Below, in pieces: positions 55,583 to 64,000 of a stretch of 64,000 nucleotides of DNA; the first letter of the stretch is position 1; each line of letters begins with the position of its first letter. This stretch comes from Octopus sinensis (lineage: Eukaryota). The notes under the pieces are model-generated. The model saw nothing but the letters and a program-made list of their open reading frames with translations, had not been told where the DNA came from and ran no database searches. Where the stretch lies: assembly GCF_006345805.1 (NCBI RefSeq), contig NC_042997.1, positions 28,582,001 to 28,646,000 on the forward strand, in the 5' to 3' direction. The translations under genes were made by a program, and so were the position numbers.

Positions 55583-55735
55583 AGGCAGCGAGCAGGCAGA
55601 ATCGTTAGCACGCCGAGAAATACCACCCTTACGTTCCGACTTTGCATTTTCATCATTTCAGTGTCAATTAAAACAAATGCCAGTCAAGCACTGTGCTTGA
55701 TGTAATCGAATTATCACCTCTGCCAAATTTCAGGA
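55583..55735 (+). mobile_element. Family B SINE, internally deleted
   Basis: GGCAGCGAGCAGGCAGAATCGTTAGCACGCCG head. Confidence 0.6.
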
Positions 55736-57129
55736 CTATAATTCAATTGATTCTTCTGATTATTATTGAGTGAGAAGGCCATGCACTCCATCAACGTGAC
55801 AATACAACACCATATATACGAAGTCCAATATAACCGTCATAATAATGGTACACCAGGTGTGAAATTATTTAAACCCCAGTGATTTCCTCTCAATACATGG
55901 CGATGCTGCCCATCCACCACTACTTCTGTTCATGATCACGGATGCACGTATTCTTAGCCATTAGAGGACATGCTCAACTCGTTATCGTAAAGCAACTGAC
56001 GAGCAAATATGTGGTATTAAATACAATATTTGCTGCAGCCTATCTTTTATAGACAAAACCTTTATGTGATAACACTTCTAATCAGTTAAGAACAGAAGCC
56101 ATGGGAGACATTGCCTAGTACTGCATGAGGGCAATATATTATTATCATTATCACAACTCATTGCGCTTATTAATGAAGATGAAACTGAAATGTTATGTAA
56201 GTGGGACAAAAGTCCGACGGAAAGGCATAATGGAAAACGCTCATGTAAGAAAGGAAAAAGGGATTAAAGAACAAAGCAAATCTGTCCAACAAATATAGGA
56301 AAGAGACTTAGAGAAAAAATTTAAAGTGAGTTAAAAGTATTTTTTACAACCACATATATATCTAGGCACCTTTTATCTGCCAAATACAGTCTATGCCTTC
56401 TTATAAGAGCCTTCAACCTTGCATATCTTAGGTACGCCATTCGTGTTTTCAGGAATCATTAAGGCGTGCACATTTCTTCTGGCCGCATCTGCAATTATGT
56501 TATTTCTCGTCACTGTTGCACTACTCTCTTGCCCACACTATCATGTAATGTTACAGTGAAGTATGTCATAACAACATACATTTTCTTAACATAAAGAACA
56601 GATCAAGGTACATTTATTTTATGAAAAAGCTCTCTGATAATGTGACGAAAGAAGATAGCAGCAGAACTGTTCAGACCTACTGAGTTTCTGTATAAAAAGT
56701 AGACAACATGGAATCGGATTTTGTGAATGTTAAGTGTGATGTTTAAAATGAAAGCTGCACTGAAGCCTGTATACATATGTGTGTGAGTATCATTGTTGAT
56801 TTACAAATATTATTATGGTAATTACGGAAATGCACTTTGCATAGCAAGTGACCTGATCTGAGATCGCGTGCTGGAGCTAAAATAATTGCAGCGTGGAAGG
56901 TGTTTATAAGCCATTTAAAAATACACAACATTTATAAGCCATTTAAAAACACTTCAACATTTAAATCCAATTTGCCAAAATACTTTCGTCGCTTTGAGAC
57001 TGCGACCTCTTCACTGAAAAAATTTCGAAAAAGAACCAGTTGTGTTTATATTCTTGCAGATATCTACTTGTTCCGTGTTTTTTTCCTCTTTATGAGTTGC
57101 TAGGGCATCAATTCATTTGTAATACTGGC

Positions 57130-58508
57130 CATTGGTTACATGATTCCTAAAATCAACACAAAATATCAAAAGCAATTTGCTGTATTCATGTATGTTGAGA
57201 TGAAATGCATCCAGATTATTTGAAAATGACTTGTGCCGTTACTAATACAATTAAAAAGAAATCATTTATGAAATTTCTCCGTAGGATATTCCAGTATCGT
57301 GAGGAGTACTGGCAGGATGAAATAAAATCAAGATTGACAGTTCAACATGCTGACAAAAACATTTTAAAAATCCAAATTCCCATGGCATCGACCTTCAAGT
57401 GATACTTGAAGAAACCACAAAACAGCAGGTGCAACAACTCCAAGGCACCCTCCTTAATATCGGAAATTGTATGTTCAAAGCAAACCGGTATAATTGAACT
57501 AATGTTGCTATTGCTATCCACATTTCAACGAATTTTTGGAAAGGCAGCAATTCCTTCTAATCACGCTATGCCCTTATCAAATGAAGCTTTAAATTGTTAA
57601 TGGGTGTTTGGCCAAAACTCAATGGGTAAGATATCAGCCATTTCAGTCTTGTGTAACACAAGGCATCTTTTGCCATTGTCACCAAGCAGATACAAATTGC
57701 CTACTCTTCTCGTCGATAAAAGGAGGGAATGTTATCTTCAGAACGGTCGGAGCAAGCAGTCAGATCCATCCTAAACCTGACTGAAGCTGTTCCTCATTAC
57801 TTCAGTAATGATGGATAGTTTCGTCACTCTGCCAGTATTATGGACAAGACAGTCTGATAGTACCATCCCCCCTGCAGTGATATACTAAAACCACGAATTT
57901 ACTGCAGTAACACTAGTTAAGTACATTCATATTTCCCGAGTGGTAAGTCTTCTGAATAAGACCAGCTATTTGATCTTCATCCACACTGATTTACTTCGAA
58001 AACGTTGCTACTGTCGAGAGATAATTTTTTATACAACACTATCGAATTTCCACTGACAGCATCGCCCAAATCATTGTGACGTTTGGACGCTTGATGAAAT
58101 TTGAAATTCCACGCAATGGTTGCATGTTTGTTGCGTTTATTATTTCTGGTGGTGTTGTAAATTTTGAAGTTGATGATGATTTGCTGTTGGCGGTGGTAAA
58201 GGTATTTTATCAATTATCAATTTCAATTGTTGTCGTTGGGGAAATAATTCCTCAAGTTGATTGAATATTGTTGCGACAATTGTTGCAATTACTGCTACAA
58301 CCCTTCACTAACAAATATTCTTTCTGATTTTTGTAGCAATGCTTTTACTATTTGCACTTACTTCTAATACGATATGTTTTCCACCTACTATGCATATCAC
58401 TTAACATGTCCCACACAAATTGGTATCAGAGTAATTTTCTATCTTTAACCGAAAGGTGGGATGTTTCTAGGCAAGTGACTCCCAGTAAAGCTCAGTTTAT
58501 TTACAGCC

Positions 58509-58569
<61 letters not shown>

Positions 58570-59500
58570 ATGGGTTAAAAAGTTAATTTCTCGTGTATCC
58601 ACTGATGTTTTACAATCATAGTTTATTTCCTTGTATGAAGATTACACCAACTTATTGCTTTTCCCAAATATGCAACCATATATTTCCTTACGTTTGTTTG
58701 CTCTAAGAGGTCCAGTGTCCTCGAGAATTAAGGCTTTCTAACATGTCTATTGATATGCTTTGTCTTAGTCCAAGTACTGATGTTTTACTTTGAATTGTAA
58801 AACATCAAATGCTCTTGAAGCTCAGTAAAGGAACCAGATTTTCCGTCACTTGTACTGCTGTCGCTTCAATTATTGCTAACTGTCGTTGTTGTACTGTCGT
58901 TGTTGTAGCTGCTGTCAATGTAGTTTTAATAGTATACCAGTAATGACTCCATCACAGATGTCAACGGTTGCCCTTACTGTACGGCAGTGATAATGATAGT
59001 TTTCCTATCTCTTTGTTGACATTCTGCGTAGTTTCATCTGCTTCAAAATTACCTCTAATTAGAGTGTTGGCAAGGTACGAAGTGGCTCCATTTATAACAT
59101 ACCCCTAAAAAGTTTTCACACTTCGACTGTGCTTTCAGTTTTCTTGTAGTATGATTTATTGGTCTTCTTTCAATATTTCTAATGGTTAAATGAAATAAGA
59201 GATGGAAAGCGAGCAATCAGCGTTAGTTTCGCATATGTTTGACACACGAACGTACCCAAGCACATATATACTCATAAAGTAATGAGAGAATGAAGTAGGA
59301 AATATAGTTATAATGTTGAAGCTACTATCAATTAAAATAATTGTGGTAAACAAGGAGTTTCGAAATAGCAGTGAAATGCGTAAAATACAGTCAAAGCGAT
59401 TTCCTAAGTACCAAATTGCCAAGTATCTTTTTCAACACACGTAAAGTGTATTTGAATAGCCCCTGTAGATCCAAGAATCATTGCTATTTGTAAACGAATC
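57130..59500 (-). pseudogene. Possible decayed rhodopsin-class (class A) GPCR pseudogene
   Basis: Colinear minus-strand segments resemble TM1 (IAMILGSTG), TM2 (YFTHFTAISKLLV), ECL1/TM3 (CLGTFVCQTY...FHLTIRNIER), TM4 (WL...ALLGSHLP), TM5 (GFSISL/MVLSDCLV), TM6 (KMFLS...FISSC) and TM7/H8 (YMNTANCF*Y...DFRNH). Many stops and frameshifts. Confidence 0.45.
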
Positions 59501-59989
59501 ACAGTTTACATTTATTAAATGCCAATGCATTGCGAACTACAAGCAAGTCTCTGATTCAATTCTTCTGTCCATTCGATGCTAACAATACCTCACTTAGCAA
59601 AGAAATGTATTTCCTTTATTACGTTCTCACGTTGTTTAATTTTAATTCTAACATCTTCCTGTCACTTACCTTCTTATTGTTCCTAATTATAACATATCCA
59701 TGATCTACTCTAATGATCTACTCTAATGTCTTTATATTTCTATTGCCAGTAAAAAATTTCTATGTCATTCTTCATTTCTTCATTTACTTTCATATAAAAG
59801 CTTTGTATAAATTGCATATAAAAAATTCATGTTCATTCTTATGTTCTTCAGTTCTTTGCTATAAATATAATCAATTCAAAGAATATCCTACACATTTACA
59901 ATTTCTCATGGAAAGAATCATGGAAAGAAGCACATTATTGTTACTGTCATATATATATGTATATATATATATATATATAATACATAGTA

Positions 59990-60020
<31 letters not shown>

Positions 60021-61017
60021 CTAGCATTGCTTGGGATTAAAATGGCATAGTCTGTATATGATATATTACCGTTATGTTAAAACAGGTGATATGGGAAATT
60101 GCAGCATTGGCAACAAAACATTTGTGAAGTAAATGATCGCCTAATTCGACTAAGCAACACGCCATGCGTCCGTTTGGAGTATTTCAGACCCTAACCGAAC
60201 GCACTGTAAAGCTGTCAGTGGACATTTGGACCCGTCGGCGCTGTGTCAAACACGACCCACCATCTGAAATGTTGACACCTCGATCGGGTCTGTTGTTCTG
60301 CATCACTCAAAAATTGAATTTGGAAGAGCTCTTGTTTTTCATTTGTGGGTAAAAAAGAAACAATGAGGTGATAGACTCGCCTATGAACTCTGACGTCGGC
60401 GTATATTCAAGTTTATCTATCTTCTTAGATGAACCAAACGATGTCATTTACAGAGTTGTATTGTCTGATATTGTTCATAATATTCTTTGACTGGATAGAA
60501 ATGCCTATAAGATCAATAAGAGGTTGAGATAGCTGGTAGTGCTGGCAATGTTACCTGACCGCCTGAGCAGCACATACCATCTGTTTTATTTGAAAATTTT
60601 AAAGCTCTACAGAAAAGACAAGTTGTGTTTAGCACACCAGTTTCAAAAGAGTTATTATTGTTATAAGAATGGGATGGATTATATCTAAGGACATCTTCTG
60701 GAGTTGTGAAGAAGGACTTTGTACGTAGTCTGTTTCTGAGAGAAATTCTATTGGACCTCTGACGAATTAAAATATTGACTTAAGATTCAGCATTAAGTGG
60801 TGCAATATGCATTTGCTGACCTTGAGAAAATCTCATCTAGATTCTCTCTTCAGAATCTCGCCTTCGGTGTTCTACAATATTCCTTGCTTTGTACTTGTTG
60901 CTGGTGAGATTTATTTGAAGAGAGCAGAAATTAAAACTAGAGAAAGCGAAAAGGACAGAGAAAGAAAGTGTCAGAAGTGTGTACGTCTATATGAAATGGA
61001 CGTGTGTGTGTGTGTGT

Positions 61018-62784
61018 GTTAGTTAGTTAGTTAGTTAGTTAATTTGGCTCAAAAGCAAATAGCAAGTCCATGTAGGGGGACATGGAGTTAAGTGCAGGGT
61101 GGTGTTCATGTAAAGAGTTCAGGCCTCTTGAGGTCGTCGGCATCTTCACCATCTCGTCTGGCAGCTTGTTCCACGCATCCGCAACCCGGACGGAGAAAGC
61201 TCCTCTCCTTCGATTGAGCAGGAGTGAAGAACAGCTCTTTCGAGAGGTTACACTTTCCGCTTATAATGTTGTGGGCGAGAATGAGATCACCACGGCGGCG
61301 GCGTTTTTCAAGAGAATAAAGGTCGAGCGTCCTCAACCTTTCTTCGTAGGACAAAATTTTGAGACCATGAACCATGCGGGTAGCCAGCTTCTGGACTCTT
61401 TCGAGATGCTGTATGTCTTTGAGGAGATAAGGAGAAGAGGCTTGAATCCCATACTCCAATATGGGTCTCACCAGCGTGACATAGAGTGGTAGGAATATGG
61501 CTGCTGTAAGCATTCCGAATGACCGTCGAATCAAGAACAGAATTCCGCGTGCTTTCTTGGCAGCATGGACGCACTGGGCCGAAGGCGAAAAGGAGGAATC
61601 CACCAAGATACCCAGGTCCGTTACCTGATCGGTCCTCTCCAGCAGCAGACGACCGGGCTCGAAATCAAGTTGAGTTGCAGGAGTAGAGCCGACAGGCAGA
61701 TGACAGCACTTTGACACGTTCAGACACAGGTCCCAATCGTTAGACCACTTCCAAATTTGGTGGAGGCATCGACGAAGATCCTCTATATTACCGCGAGGAG
61801 CGACCAGTTTGATATCGTCGGCAAATAGAAGGGTGTGTTGCGTGAGTTCGTCGGGCAAGTCATTTATGAAGACTAAGAACAACAAGGGCCCAAGCACTGA
61901 ACCTTGAGGCACGCCACTGCTCGCACTGGAGACGTCGGACCGCGAACCATTAACTTGGACTTGGAAGGAGCCATCTGATAGGAAGGCACCAACCCATCGT
62001 ATAATATCCGGATGGAAACTATATGCTTGAAGCTTGACAAGTAATAGGCGGTGGTTTACCGAGTCAAAAGCTTTGGCAAAGTCCAATAAAACGATGTCAA
62101 CAGCATCACTATCATCGAGGATGCGCGTCACCAATTCTTCCATTACTAGTAAGTTGGACAAGCATGATCTCTTCGGCACGAAGCCGTGTTGGGAATCAGA
62201 GATAGAGGCTGTGTTTAGGAGGTGGAGCATCATACTTTTCTTAAGGATGGTTTCGAACATTCTTGCTGATTATTGATGTAAGGGAAACCGGTCGGTAGTT
62301 AAGCGGGTCTTCGCGGCTCCCTTTCTTGAAAATTGGGCAGATTATCACTGTTCTCCAGTCTGCAGGTATAACACCCGTCGCCAATGACATATTGAATAGT
62401 CGTGTTAAGGGCTCGCAGATGACCGGAGCCAACGCTTTGATAACCCGTGGGTGTATGCCGTCAGGGCCGTGACCCTTGTTGACATCGAGGCCTTGAATAA
62501 CACGTTTGACTTCGTCCCGCGTGATGACCAATCGAAGCATTGGAGGTACCGATCAATCAAATGGAGGGGGTTCACGACCATCATCTTGTTTGAAAATAGT
62601 TGAAAAAGCCTCGGCAAATAATTGACTCTGTTGATAAGGGTCCTCAATCGATACGCCTGTTGAGTCTACCAACGTTGCAATCTGGTTGTTCAAGCGGGAA
62701 TTCCGCTGGACATGGGCAAAGAAGGTTTTGTGGATTGCTACTGGCGATTTTGGATTGCTACCGCGATTTTGTATTCATAACTGA
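61018..62784 (-). mobile_element. CR1-type LINE, 5'-truncated, copy 2, in a (TG)n tract
   Basis: Nearly identical to the reverse complement of 19409-21247. (TAAC)n tail at 61018-61041, 1-bp insertion near 62262, two 3' deletions. Confidence 0.95.
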
Positions 62785-63044
62785 AGCGTTCTGTGTGTGT
62801 GTGCGTGCGTGCGCGTGTGTATGCAAGCGAGAAAGAGGGTAAGAAAAAGAGATACAGTGAGTGAGTGAAGGTGTGTCGTGATGATTGATGTCTTTTAAGG
62901 CACACACACATTTAGAAAATGTGTCATCGTATAAAATATTCACGATAGTTGATTTATGGAGAAGATTATGTGAAATTTTTGAAATGCAAATATGTGAATG
63001 GAAATTAAGATTAATTTCTAGCCAAAATAGTACCGAATGTTTGG

Positions 63045-63101
<57 letters not shown>

Positions 63102-64000
63102 ACAGTATCTCTCACATTACAATAACGACGTAATACTGAAATAGTGTAAGATATAAGGGCTTGCATAAGGAAGAAGTTTGAAAATTGTTTGGCACATGAC
63201 GCTGCACGGGCCTTGGTTTTTGTATTTGACACCTGTTTCTTTAAGTATTTTATTTCGATTTTATCTATATATATGTATGCAAAGCCGATGAAGGAGACCT
63301 CTACATGGTAGCTAGACAAAATACCAGCTAGATTTCCCTCAAATCACCCTACTGTCATAATCCGACAATTCTGCCTCTTACGCAGTTTGAATGAGAAACT
63401 GTAACTAAATATTAAGATTATTAACCGTAAAATTTTACGCGCTTTAATAGCAATAAATTTTTTCTCTTCTTTACTTTCCTCGTAGATTTTCATGTCAGAT
63501 GTAAAGGTCAAGAGGATTAACATCGACGGTGTTAAATAGTGGAGATGATTGGTAATTGTATGTGTTGATTACTGTTGAGTGTTTCTTCTCAATAAGGAAA
63601 ATTGATTGATAATGAAACTTAACACAATATGTATACAGCTTCAAATGGAATTGGACGTGATAAGAGAGACAGTATGGCGATGGTTTTGACTGACTGTTAT
63701 CCTGTACTTAGCTTGTTGTTAACGAATGCTATGTGCCGGCTGTCTGAGCAACTGGTTGCTTTTAATGGCAGGACAAACAAGACAAAAAGATTACAAATAT
63801 AGAGATGCTCACTTTGAAACTAACAATTTGGAAGAACGTTTTAGGTCACAGAACGCCCCGCTCCCTCATGTATCCATCATGTTTTCACATGGACGTGCAC
63901 GCGCGTTTGGCTGTATACAAACGGACATACATATAATTGCAAAATCTTGGTGAAACTGGAAGTACTAAGATAGCACTGAAGACATTGTAAATCTTTCCGA

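Noticed and set aside
55770-56135. Repeat-like segment between TTA tracts
   Set aside because: Probably an interspersed repeat, but no diagnostic motif or second full copy is present in the window.
60030-60780. Possible decayed DNA transposase
   Set aside because: No convincing motif in the frames I examined.
63100-63155. TATCT...GAAATAGTGTA-AGATA after (TA)n, a possible hammerhead remnant
   Set aside because: The core is unrecognisable, so it cannot be told from chance.

Overview
AT-rich, microsatellite-dense eukaryotic DNA. The tRNA-derived SINE families and simple-repeat load suggest a cephalopod (Octopus-like) genome; this is inference. I found no intact host protein-coding gene. The window is mostly transposon remains: two recent, near-identical CR1-type LINE copies in opposite orientation, a decayed Tx1/L1-clade LINE, a Penelope-like element (PLE) with an inverted RT segment, R4/Dong REL-endonuclease fragments, four Tc1/mariner relics, a hAT relic, three non-autonomous Helitrons, several foldback MITEs and about 15 SINEs. 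The most notable signal is a set of unrelated short non-coding elements in or next to simple repeats that carry minimal type-I hammerhead ribozyme motifs: a complete one at 51121-51201, one at 48631-48727 whose cleavage site coincides with an inverted-repeat boundary, and variant or degenerate ones near 53127, 8469 and 320. A heavily decayed rhodopsin-class GPCR-like pseudogene may lie on the minus strand at about 57130-59500. All alignments were made by eye.
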